A stretch of DNA of 64,000 nucleotides from Piromyces finnis finn (taxonomy: Eukaryota > Fungi > Neocallimastigomycota). Positions 46,501 to 57,902 of this stretch are shown one piece after another; the first letter of the stretch is position 1; the number at the start of each line of letters is the position of its first letter. The stretch covers positions 1,736,001-1,800,000 of the forward strand of contig MCFH01000002.1 in the NCBI GenBank assembly GCA_002104945.1, written 5' to 3'. The position numbers were made by a program, and so were the translations under genes. The notes beneath the pieces were generated by a model. The model was not told the origin of the DNA, ran no database searches, and was given only the letters and a program-made list of their open reading frames with translations.

Positions 46501-47228
46501 CCATCCGAAGAGTCTTTTTTACAAGACACAAGGATCGGTTTGTGATCAGAAACATCGTGGAAAACTTCACAAACTGAAGATTTGTTTATGTGTTCTGTCA
46601 TAGCTTTGTTGTATATAATATGATCAATGCATGAAGATTTAGATCCTTTTTCCCAGGTAAAGTTATTACCAGTTAACTCAGCCATAGCCCAATCCGGGAA
46701 GTGTTGTGATATATAAGATTTGATTTTAATAGCTGACATATTAAAGTCTCCTACAAGGATAGCTGGGTGGTTGAATTTGTTATGCGTTGTTAACCACTTA
46801 TCAAGATCATCAAAGGCAATTAATCTAGCATCCGGCCATCTAGTTTGCGGGAAGTAAATATTACCGATGATACATCTCTGGTTCCAAAATGACAATATTG
46901 TAACTGAAATGATGTACTTATATAGAAGAGGTTCAGGAGTAAAGGAACAAGAGTTATGAACACCAATGTAAAGTCCTCTCATACCTGGAACTTTAGGATT
47001 AGCACGTCTGTGTACTGGTTTATAGTTCGGTAGGCATGGGGAGGAAATTGTATTACCACAGAGGAATTGGCAGTTACCTACTTCTTGAAGACAGACACAT
47101 ACAGGTTTGAAAACAGAGATGAAGTATAAAACACCGTCCTTTTTCTCCGGGTTCCAACCATTGATGTTCCAACAAGTACATAAGTTGAAAAAGGAAACAT
47201 TAGAGCTTAGATGACTAAATAGAAATCG
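43503..47228 (-). CDS. Retrotransposon ORF2 (AP-like endonuclease, reverse transcriptase, C-terminal CCHC); open frame of 1241 codons, first ATG at 46982
   Basis: APE motifs: WNINGW (from 47171), CLQE (47093-47082), GDFN, SCIDHI, SDHKPI. RT motifs: KAPGPDG, NYRGISLIN, EQFGFR, AFLDHKKAYDSV, GVRQGCPLSPILFNLFI, LFADD, YTYLG. Zinc knuckle: CPCC..EQ..HWILEC. Confidence 0.95.
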   Translation of the reverse strand, partial: RFLFSHLSSNVSFFNLCTCWNINGWNPEKKDGVLYFISVFKPVCVCLQEVGNCQFLCGNTISSPCLPNYKPVHRRANPKVPGMRGLYIGVHNSCSFTPEPLLYKYIISVTILSFWNQRCIIGNIYFPQTRWPDARLIAFDDLDKWLTTHNKFNHPAILVGDFNMSAIKIKSYISQHFPDWAMAELTGNNFTWEKGSKSSCIDHIIYNKAMTEHINKSSVCEVFHDVSDHKPILVSCKKDSSDGFKKPKKTFKWSNHICNTKCSDILTSNRFAVLASELEANCDSLSADDMVSRFLDTSKTIGKEIKAIVPADLKGPAFHCPRYIKNLSHEKHLAYKNIKPLSDCADMENYLNQFSIYQNLCNIIKKVKSKFRSNLYKANIVSIGKHFIDKSFRQGWKGLKKLAKPSYSSSHVSTIKDKNGKDLFTPQEQLKRWAEHYENLASDVTNHSLNRGYWERAFQFNHINQIAWDINGPISIEEIRNVVLSMKNNKAPGPDGIPIEFFKAFFCNEELEKEHKSAGNCLKLIFNKIWNGSFPLKWNSASIVSIPKKGDLSDCNNYRGISLINVGLKIISKIVTNRISKYALSHNFIRPEQFGFRYKEECISLFVSIREICQRRKFKGKATYVAFLDHKKAYDSVPIFNILTKLYKLGIHGKCFDFLNNLYSTSKARARFLDMLSNEFPINRGVRQGCPLSPILFNLFINDILNKCERLGVSLGNKRCCGGLFADDIVLIAPSKKNLQKMLNLVLDWANLNEMSFGINKCATIVVKPINFNRSPSYVDPTFYIGMCSIPKVSCYTYLGIPFDEDLSLTPILSNMYKKVQKSLFSFKNFLTNNCVPIGLKNIVIHSYILSKVSYYASLLGSNKNRTRRVQFAVLWSVNSFHNKSFNNKDFVFERNSFISLYALTRDMKIPTLSGICAAQQVKCFVKWRKSNCIIKDLVRSIPPMSHYSWAKESCSLHKKLMKINIKSTKDIREYYWNNSSLNNGSKALRYTNNKFLNSNRLMHIGLNKPHLNLGITWIIRIRCGYENTTRIAIASNRVIPDCPRVCPCCGYDEQSFYHWILECSAFSEYRASSLCFLDDLFTLFYNKYKNQFITYLLPETEVRKTIYNYIFTFLLGGTLAYDELQIDKAEQRHLNEQLYSSSGSHVPYVEGLAAFLTKTIPIISSSMKLLFDRFSKTPNVIKSADVVPIWQRNISNVPYTGFNVSISSNSNENIMNSCESLVDTTLSYLMLLLFLFHLIY

Positions 47229-47473
47229 TCAGAGAGTGGACCAGTAGTAGATTTGATAGATCGTTTGTTTTTGAGCTTATCAATGAATTTCCAAGATATT
47301 TTACTAGAGATTGGGAGTTTTTCAGAAAGTGAGTGTATAAGTAACATGGCTTTAAGCGGGCATTTTCCATTGACTTTTAGAATGAAATAGGTACCGAGTG
47401 ATTGTGAATATTTTTTGGTGAGGGATTGAAGAATATCATTGAAAGGTTGAATGTCCTTTAAAAGAAATTCCAT
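47207..47473 (-). CDS. Candidate short ORF1 of the retrotransposon (88 aa from ATG; frame open further upstream without an ATG)
   Basis: Lies immediately upstream of ORF2 and overlaps it by 22 nt; basic composition. No gag-like knuckle or RRM recognised. Confidence 0.4.
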   Translation of the reverse strand: MEFLLKDIQPFNDILQSLTKKYSQSLGTYFILKVNGKCPLKAMLLIHSLSEKLPISSKISWKFIDKLKNKRSIKSTTGPLSDDFYLVI

Positions 47474-48832
47474 TAGTCGTTGTTTGGACCATGAACTAAG
47501 ATCATGGATAAAAATTAGATATGATTTATTGGAGTTAGATCCGAAGAAACGAAGACCACGTCGTAAGGTAGGTACAGTACAATTGGTATTGTTTATTTTG
47601 AAAGAACTTATTATGACAATAGATATTAATAATTTGAAGTATTGATATAATGATATAAATAAGATAATGAAATAAAATATATAGTAAAATAAAAATAATA
47701 ATAGTAAAGACGGATATATTATATAGCTAGTGGATTATTTGTCAAACAATATTTTAAATTTTATAACTGGAAAAGTGGCTAAGTTGTTGACAAACTTAGT
47801 TCTAACTCTACTGAAGACTTTAAACGGGAAAATAAATTTTGAATATCTATCACTTTGGATTTCTGTATTATAACTGTATTTTGAAAGCTCTTTATATTTA
47901 TAAGAATTGTATAATTTATTGGATGATTATTGTATTGTGTTGATTCTGATTGTTGAATTTGAACATCCATTTAGGTTGTTTATGTTGTAAGGTAGAGAGA
48001 TAATAAGAGTGAAAAGTTGTTATATCAAAAATAATGGAAAAAAAGTTGAAGAATTTGGGTAAACATAATAAAATTTTTTTTTTTTTTAAAAGATAAAATT
48101 GAAACAAGAGTAGTATTTACAATATAAAAATAGAATACTCGATTTTCCAGGATAGAAGCTTTGATAATAAAAATGTTAAAGAAAAAAAGGTGTTAATACT
48201 TACCATAATAGTCCATAATAAACCTAATTAAGTTATACAAATATATAAATATACATATAATATAAAGTATAAGAAATATATATATATATATAGAAAAGAG
48301 ATAGAAAAAGTATACAAAAGAATGTTAGTAGAAAAGAGATTCCTTGGAAAATCTAGAGTTACAAAAAAATAAGAAATAAAAAAAGATATTACTAGAATCA
48401 TATAAAATCATAAAGGAAAAATAAAAAAGCCGCGCCCCTCGAAAATAAAAATAGAAAAAAAAAATAAAAGATTAAATATGATTATAGTAATGAAAGCCGC
48501 ACCCCACACGAAACTCAAGAATAAATGAAAGGAATAACAAACTAACTGAAAAAACAAAACTATCTGACTAATCAACATATAAAGAATAAAAAAGGAATAA
48601 AAGAACAAAGAGAATAAGTAGTAAACTGGGATAACAAATTATCGATGAAAGCTAAAATAAAAATGAAATCAAGAAATATTCAAAATCAGTATTTAATACT
48701 ACCGAATCAACAATTTTAAGTTTAAAATAATATGTTATAAAGGTTGTTAAAGCAACTATTATCTAAAAAATAAGTTGAAGGTGTAAGGGATATATGATAT
48801 AACAACTAACACTCAAATTATTGACTCTGTTC

Positions 48833-49003
48833 GCTCAGTACCATGAGCTTAGTCCTAATAATATTTTCAAATAAAGACTAACCAAGCATCCATTGCGCAA
48901 TACTTGGATTTAATTCTTTCTACTCTCTCAGTACCATGAGCATGAGTAGACCCCCTTGAGAAACTACATTTATTAAATAAATGAAGGCACGTACCCAAGA
49001 GGG
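48833..49003 (-). ncRNA. Candidate structured RNA at the 5' end of the full-length retrotransposon
   Basis: Five consecutive stems, several with G-U pairs that work only on the element-sense strand, and two hairpins with identical UGGUAC loops (see findings). No known family matched by eye. Confidence 0.55.
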
Positions 49004-49431
49004 ATATATATATTTATAATAATTATTATTTTATTATTTTATTTTTATTATGATATTTTTTAAATTAATCTTTATAAAGAAAGTTTCTACCTTTTTAAAC
49101 TGTACATTTTTTTGATTAATAATAATATAATAGATATTAATAGATAATAATATTTTTTTATTTTTTGAAAAAATGTTAAAATAATAGAGGATTTATATTT
49201 ATATGATAGATAGATATTTATATATATTAATTGTTTTTTTTTATATGCATTTGAATATTTGCATATATAATTTTACTTTAAAATGATATTTATATATTTT
49301 GGATAATAAAAATAAAAATAATAAAAAAAAAAAAAAACCTTTTTTTTTTATTTTTCATTTTTTGGAATAATTGATAATAGATATTTTCAATATATTATTT
49401 TTTTTTCTCATTTTCTTTCTATATATATATA

Positions 49432-52400
49432 TTAATCACGACTTTTTTCCTTTAAACTTGCAATAAAAACCCAAACAGAAACAATATTATTTGGATAATT
49501 AGTACAGTATACTGCAAGAGCAAATTCAACACTATTTTCCAAGTTTTCATGAATACTTGTAGCATGTACCGCTTCAATGATAGGTCCAAAATCTGTTAAA
49601 GAAAGATTTATAGGTACTCCGGAAATATCATAAATTTTTTTAAGTCGAGTTAATTCTTCTCCTTCCATTGATTTAGCCCAACTCTTGGACATATCTTTAC
49701 CTTCCATTTTTCCTTCTTCTAATTTTCTTAATAAAGTATGTAATAAACGACTAACATGTCTATATAATTTTTATTTATTTATTTATTTATTTATTTTTGT
49801 ATATATCATAAAACATAATATTTTTTTTTATAATTAGTAGAAATAAAAAAATTTAAAAATTTATTCTCTATCTATATATAATAAAAATCTTTTTTTTTTA
49901 CCTATTCCAAATTGTTGCCCATCTTGTTCTCCATTTTTCAAAGTTCATCATAACTACTTGATGTATCGCTTTTTCTAATACATAAATATCGTAAGTTGAT
50001 TCTTTGTAATGAATAGTTTCAGGCTAATAATATATATATATAGATAATATATATTTATACATAAATTATTAAATATTTTATAATTTTTAGTAAAAAAAAA
50101 AAGGAATAATTATTTTAATATATTTATATATATATATATTTTTAAAAATTAAATAATTATATAATTTACTTGAATACTAGAAAGGTCTGGAGGTTTAGGG
50201 AATTTTTTATTAAAGAAGGGTCTCCAAAATTTGGTATTAAGAATATTCCATTCCATACGGGTAGGATCCGTTTGCTTATTCATATTAGACCAAATCTATT
50301 AACATTTAGATATTGATATATATAATAGAAAAAAAAATTAGATAAAACCATTAAAAATAACGAGTATAAATATATTTTAAGAGGTTTAAGTATAAATAAC
50401 AATATATATATATAAATATATTTTACATTTTCATTATTAAAGACACAACCAACTTCTTTTAATGGACAATGAGCATCCCATGTATGGAATGTTTCACCTG
50501 TGACAGCATTATAAAATTTCCAATCACATGGCATTCTTGCAGTTAATGTATCAGGTATATTAGTTTTTGGAAGAAATGACATGACGGAATTAATAGAAGA
50601 TAAAATACGACTAGAGGATGTATTAAGTTCTGGAAGAGAAGGCATACCACGATGTACTTTTCTTCTTGTCATTACATAAGCAGTATAACCTTCTGGAATA
50701 CCAACACCAACTACAATATAGGCATCTAATCCTAAAAATAGGAAATAACAACATAAAAGAATAGCATGTTCAAATTCATCTCCTGCTCCAATTTCCAATA
50801 ATTCCTATAAAAAATTATTAGGTACAAGTTATTCATTACTATTTATTCCTTGTTTCAAATAACGAATTTTACAATAAATTAAAAATAAGATACTGTACAT
50901 CACAAGTACAAAGTAATTGACAATTAGCCATTAATGTTGAATAATCATTTAAGTAGGGAATCATAGATACAAAACGATGTGCCTTTAATTCTGTATCAAA
51001 TTTTGGAGGTGGTTGTAATGGTCTAATGTATCGACATAAGAATACAGTACTACCATTCAAATTTAAAGTAGTGGACTATAATAATATTTTTTTTTATTAT
51101 ATATATAAAACAAAATATTAAATAATTAAAAATTAGAAAAATTATAAATCTAAAAAAAAAAACACTATAATTAAAATGATGCTTACAATACAATATCTAT
51201 TTGGAAAACCGGAATTAACCCATTTTTTAGAATATTTTAATAATCTTGAATCTTCTTCAGAAATAAACTACATTTATATATAATTTCCATTTTATTTTTT
51301 TTTTAAAAATATATGTATATATTGTATATTCATATCATTTATTAATTATTCAATTTCTATTCATTATTTATATAATATTTATATTTTTACCTTCATTCTT
51401 AATGGAGGTGGTTGAATAAGAAGTGGTTCTAAAGTAATAAAAATATGAATCATACAACCATTGATAGTACCCATTTTCTCAATATTTGTATAAGAATCAT
51501 TATCTACTTGTTCATAATCCAATAAACGATATGGTGTTTTTACTCTGAAATACCCTTCAACCTTTGATCTTTTATAGACATGAGCAAATGGAATAACAAC
51601 TGATCCTAACCAATTTCTTTCTTTTCTATGATGAACATTACGTTCTCTTTCTCTATCATCCTTTATTTATAGATAATGTATTTAATTATCATTAATTCTA
51701 TATTTAATATCTAATTAATTGTAAAATAGTTATATATATTATTTTCTTCTTTTTTTTTTTCTTTTTATACCTCAATTAAATCAACAATATATTCATCATA
51801 CAAATTTAAATAAATATTTTCCATTAAAATATCATTTTCTAATAAACTTGAAGGTTGATAATCATTATTTGGTGCATTAAATGGTAATTCAATTGTTTCT
51901 TTCCATGTTGGATTTGATCCTTCGAAAACAGATGTACGAGCTTTTTGTCTTTGAAAAGAGACTTCAACATAGGTATGTGGTGACTTTTTTTTTATTATTA
52001 TTTATCCATTTAACATAAAAATTTTTATATAAAAAAAAAAAAATAAAAATAATAAAAATTAAAGATTTATAAGAAAATGTATAAAATATTTATTTTATTT
52101 AGTTACACATTGTTTACCTTTATTTTTTTATCTTTTTCATAACTTTGTTTTCTAATAGGAATATTAAATCCTCTTATAATATGAGTAATTAAGGTACATT
52201 TTTCCGGTTGTAAAACAGCTAAATCATCTCTCTTAATTCTTACTGGATATAATGGACGACGTTGAGTGAAAAGCCATTTAAAAGATAATTTTTCTTTAAT
52301 TTCCTTATAAAGTGATTCTTCATGAACAAAATCACTTAACATTGGTGGTCGACTACATACTGCATTAAATAAAAGCTGATGGGTACGAATACGTTTAACA

Positions 52401-55400
52401 AAATTATTCATGGTAACATCACTTAAACTGTCAATACTATCAATATTTAAATTGTTTGTGTTATTTTTTGAATTAGATATCATTTGTTTCTGACGATCAA
52501 GTAACGTCTTTATGTTTTAAATATATATATATATATATATATATTATGTAGGAATATGAGATGAAATAGAATATATATATAAAAAATAAAAAATTTTAAA
52601 TAGAATTAAAATTTATTTCATTATTAATATTTTGAATATATATATCACCCCTTTAGAAATTTTCGATGGATAAAATTTCTATAATTTTTTTATCCAATAA
52701 TATATAAATAAGATAGGAATCTTTCTTTTGCAATTATTACCTTTGCTTTCTTATCAGAAACAAGAATCCATTTAATTTTTGAAATGTCATCATCCCAGAA
52801 TGGAATTGGCTCTTGCACAATAACTTGTCCAATGTTTCTTAAATGTAAAAGTTCTCTACGTTTAACTTGAACTTGAACATGTTGACCAACTCCAAGAGTT
52901 TTTTCAAATGTAATTTTTGGTATGTCTAAACGGAAGAAATCTTTATTACACCATGGTTCCATTAATTCATCTTTAATTGTTTCGTAAAGTTGCATCAATT
53001 TAACATTTCTTGGATCATTAGGATCAATATTAATAGTTGAAATCCATTTCTAATTAAATAATGATAATTAAAAAATATATATATATATATTTAAATATAT
53101 ATACTAGTTATTTTTTTTTATTGTTTTTTTTTATCATAGTAAGAATTATTATTATCATTTTTATATTTTTATATTCCAAAAGACTTACAATAAGTTGTTT
53201 TAAATTAACAATACCAATTGGACATGCTGTATTAGTTGGATCACTTGCCCTATCACCATATCCTAAACCAGTTAAATTATAGTTTTGTTTTGATTTTGTA
53301 ATCCTACATTAAAGGAAAAAAAAAAGATGAAATAAAATATTTTTTAAATATTTTAATAATAATTATTTAATTATTTAATTATTATTATTATTATTTGTTA
53401 TTAATATACTTAATTAATCAATTGTATTTATATAATTTTATCATATTATTTAATATCAGTTAATGTTAAATAATTACATGGATGATGTAGGACCTAAAGA
53501 TCTTCCTTCCTCATCAATACCCCATCCTACACATAAATGTAATGTACCTCTAATATTTCTATTTTCATATGATAATTGTTCTATATCTTCATTTAATGTA
53601 CTAATAATAGCTGGACTATCTTCATCTAATGTAGTGATTTGTGGAATATTGGATAATGCTTCTCCAGAAAACTCAACAATAGTTTTTTCTCTACTAATAG
53701 AACCAATATGAGATGAAGAATCAGGTATTCCCACAAATATATCAGCAATACATTTATCACCAACTACTCCCTTTATTATTTTATATTTTTTGTTTTTTTT
53801 AAAAAAGAAAATATATAATTAAAATGAAATTAAAAAAAAAAAATCAAAAGAATTAACAATTCAAGTAATTTTTTTTTTATTTTTTTTTATTTGTACTAAT
53901 AACTTACACATTCATACAGTTTCAATACAATACTATCTGGAATTTCAGTAATATGAATACCAATGACAATAGAATCTTTTTCTTGTTCTATAATTTTAGG
54001 TTCAAATATACCATATTCATTTTGAATATAGACTTGTTTCACTTCTGAAGTTTTAAATGGTACGGAAAATTTTGAATAATTTAATGGTCTTGGTGTAGTT
54101 TTAGTAACTTCTTTATAATTGTAAAAAAGTTTCATATAAAATTTTGTTGATTCACATTCTCTTCTTCTTAATTGTTCTCTCTTTATATCATTTTAAAATA
54201 AAATATACATGAATATACAATACCAAATAATTCGAAAAAAAAAATTAAAAATAAAAAATTATATTTATATTATTATTATACCTTTGGACATTCTAAAGTT
54301 GGTGTAATATCTTGATCTTTTAATAATTTTAAGTATATTTTAGGTGCACCTGGCTTTCTTCTTGAGACCTTTAATCTCTATTAGTTTTTAATAATTGATA
54401 AAAAAAATTTCAACATTAAAATATATAGGAAAAAAAAACCAAACTATTTAAAAATATATCTTTCTTACCTTTTGAATATTTGATTTTATCTTTTTTAAAT
54501 CTGAATCAGAAAGATTCTATTGTATATATAAATATATTTTTTATTAAATATTTATTATTTTTTCAAGAATTTTTTTTCTTTTATTTCTATAATTATTCAA
54601 TTTTTATTAAAAATAATGACCTTTTTCTTTGAGGTTTTAGAATCAAACGTAGAATTGGCCAAACTATAGATATCTTTAGAATGTTTAGAATTCTTTCTAC
54701 CATAAATGTCAATACTGGATGATCTTCTACTATTGAATGAAGATTGTCGACTTAATGATCTTGGTCCATAACTTACACTTAAACTTCTAGATCTTTTAGA
54801 AATGCTTCTATGTCTTCCTCTACTTTTACTTCTTCTTCTTGATCTCTTTTCATTAATTGATTCATCACCATTTCTCTCATTATTTTCTTCTTCTCCATTT
54901 TCATCATTATTAATATTAGATGTATTATCATTATTCTTCATATATTTATTGAAATGAAACCATTCCTGTTCTTCTACTAATTCTTTATTAATTTCATTTT
55001 TTATTTCACAAACATCCTTTAATAAATATTGTTAAAATAGATCAGTAAAAATATTTATTTTTTCGAAAAAAAAAACATAATATCTATTTTTCATTTTTAA
55101 ATAATATTAAATATAATTTAAAATTCAACCTCATCATAATTTGATTCATTAGTACTAATTTGTAAATGAACATTTGTACATATATATCCTTGACTATTTC
55201 TCATGTTTTTTATTCTATCCCACATTTGTAAAATTCTAAATTGAATGATTTGATCCATTTGACTTTCTGTATCCTTGATATTTTTTATATATATATACAA
55301 AAAAATAATTAGTTTCATCATCTTCATAAAATAAAAAAAAAAAAGATAATTATGATAATTATGTTTATTTATATACCCTTAGTAATTTGGTTTGACGTAA

Positions 55401-57902
55401 TTCATTTAATATATTAAATAATTTATCGACAGCTTCCTTATATAACATTTTTTCATCTTTTAAATATTTACTTTTTAACTTCTGTTGATAAAAAGAAGGG
55501 ACTACTTTTGCTTGATAAATTCCATCATCTTCTTCCTCTTTCTTTTTTTTTGCTTCTTTTATTCCTTCGTCATTTAATCCATCGGGAATTTTTTTGAATT
55601 CTTCATATATTTTTATTTTTTCCAATTCATATGTATTTCTTAACATCTTATTTTTATTTATTATAATTAATATGATAAAATCAAAATATTTTTTTCATTT
55701 ATTTTAAAATTAAATTAAATAATAATAAATAAAAAAAATATATTTTTAATTAAAATATTTAATCATTAGCATTTGTTATTATTATTATTATTTTTTTTTT
55801 TTTTAAAAAAAAAAAGAATTTTTAATTACTTCAACTTTTCTTATTAAATAGTCCGTAATGCCTTCTTTTTTACGTTCTTCAAATAATTTCATTAAAATTT
55901 CAATTTGTTTTGCTAATACCATTTCTGGTGCCATTAATCGATGATCAATAAAATCAACAGCAAAAAGCTGCATAACTAATAAATATGGTCTTCCATTTTC
56001 TATTTCTTGATATTTTGATAAAGGTCTTGGCCAATAAGTATCAAAAGTAAATCCTTTTTCTTTGGGAACTTCAGAATCTTGTTCAATCCATAATTGAGGA
56101 TGATGGCGTGATTTTTTAATTAATGGATTTGGTAAACTTCCTAGTCTTCCAAGAGAGTCAAACCAATCGAATCCTCTTCATTGTTATATTTATTTGATTT
56201 AATTAATATAAAATATTCACTAATACATATATAAATGAAAAAAAAATTTTTTTACATACAGATTTTCTTCTTCTTGATGAATACGTGCTTCCATTTTTCT
56301 TTTATTTGATGATGTTACATAGGGTAGGTCTGGAACATATAAACCTTCTAAAACTGGTCTTCTAAAATTCTATTAATTAAAAATGAACATTTATTAAAAA
56401 TATATTTTAATATTATATTATTAAAAGTATAATTATATTCTTTTTTTAAAAAAAAGGCTAACACATACATTTCCATTTCCATACCAAGTATTTGTATTTG
56501 AAATACTCCATGAACTAGGATCATATAAAAGTCGTTTTTCCTGTTCATATATTAGCATATATATTAGTATTTTATTTTTTATCCAATTTTAAAAGAATAA
56601 TAATTTTCATTAAAAAAAAAATAAAAAAAAAAAGAAGTATTTAATAAATACAGATTCTTTAATTCGTGGTAATAAATGATCCCATTTATGCATTTCAATA
56701 TCTTTTCCTGTGGATTGATTTGAGGAATTAATCAATTGAAAAATAGCTTTTAAAATTTAAATATTAAAAAAAAAAAAGAAAATAAATTTCTTTAATAAAA
56801 ATATATTATTATTGTGATTTATCTAGAAATAAATTAGTATTTACCCTTTTCTTCTGGTGATTCATATTCAACAGACTGTTCCTTTTTAATATCATCTTCT
56901 ATAGCTGATTTTAATACATCTTTTATATTTTGCATACCATGAACCTTATATCTCTTCTTTTCATTTTTTTCAGACTCACCAACACTACTTGAATTATTTT
57001 GTGATGAATTTGTATTTGACTTATTTAAATCGTGATTTCTTCTTAACTTATAACTTGTTTTATTAACTTCTTGACTATTTGATAGGGATTCTAATGGGGA
57101 TGAAGTTAATTCTTCACCTAAAATGTTTTTTGTAGAACTTTCACTCTCACCTTCTGTTGTTGATGTTGCATCTCTTCCTAATCTTTTACTGAATCCTCTA
57201 GATTGGTATTTTTGAAATCGTTTTTTTAATTGAGGGAAATTATTATCCTTTTATTTTAAAATTTTATAAATAAGAACAATTTTACGTTATCTTAATGTTT
57301 TTTGCAATGGTAAATATTACCTCTTATTAAAATATTTATATTAATTTTCATTTATAAATAATAATTAATTACTTTTTTAATTGATATTCCAGCTTCAGGA
57401 ACAAAACTAACAATTGAAGGTTTAGAATCTTGACTGCTAAAATTAGTTGGTGCGTCTGATGTTTTTCTACTAGAAATATTTAATGGCTATAATGATACCA
57501 ATTTAAATATAATTTAGCATTCTAACTACAAAAAACATTTAAATTTTAATACTCCATTATTTATTATCTTAATATATATGCATACTTGAGGCGCATATGA
57601 TGTTTGTTTTTTAATTCCTAATGGATCATTTTCATCAACTTCATTATTTTGTTTTAATATCGAATTCTTTTTCTCTCTAATTTCAGAAATTCTTTTCTTT
57701 GCTCTTTCTATTAAATCAATTCTCTCTTGTCTATTACATCATTAATAAAAAATTAAAATATATTATTATTAATTTCATATTTTTTATCAATATATTATGT
57801 TTTTTTTTTTTTAGTTAATGATTTAAAGGGTATATATTTATATAAAAGAATAAGAATATACTTTTTATTGTCAATTTTATTATCTTCTGAATTATTTTTC
57901 AT
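49432..57902 (-). CDS. CC2D2A: CC2D2A/MKS6-like ciliary transition-zone protein (coiled-coil + C2 domains), ~20 or more short exons
   Basis: Motifs: LNDPNDPRNVKLMQL; RRELLHLRN; YIRPLQPPP...FVSMIPYL; GDEFEHAILLCCYFLFLGLDAYIVVGVGIPEGYTAYVMTR; CPLKEVGCVFNNEN; FALAVYCTNYPNNIVSVWVFIASL at the C-terminus. First exon 57902-57862 (phase 2) joins the exon beginning near 57731. Not all internal exon boundaries were verified. Confidence 0.9.

Larger units (their letters stand above)
43265..49003 (-). mobile_element. Apparently full-length non-LTR (LINE-type) retrotransposon, 5739 bp, with APE endonuclease + RT + CCHC; clade not determined
   Basis: A15 tail (T run 43265-43279) follows the same 3' end as the other copy (...CTTCCTAGTCT). 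The 13-bp TSD ATATATATATTTA occurs at 43252-43264 and 49004-49016. ORF2 is uninterrupted. The 5' boundary relies on a low-complexity TSD, but it coincides with an abrupt composition change. Confidence 0.88.

Noticed and set aside
47640-48210. Spliced, longer ORF1 using ORF 47779-47970 or the ATG-GTAAGT site near 48205-48199
   Set aside because: Only speculative donor/acceptor choices give an in-frame product. There is no homology support, and introns are not expected to persist in a retrotransposing element.
48919-49003. Assignment of the 5' structure as an HDV-like or hammerhead ribozyme
   Set aside because: An HDV-like topology can be forced, but it lacks the L3 CC / P1.1 pairing and the catalytic C in J4/2. 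A GAAA follows stem S2, but the nearest CUGANGA-like sequences mismatch at essential positions.
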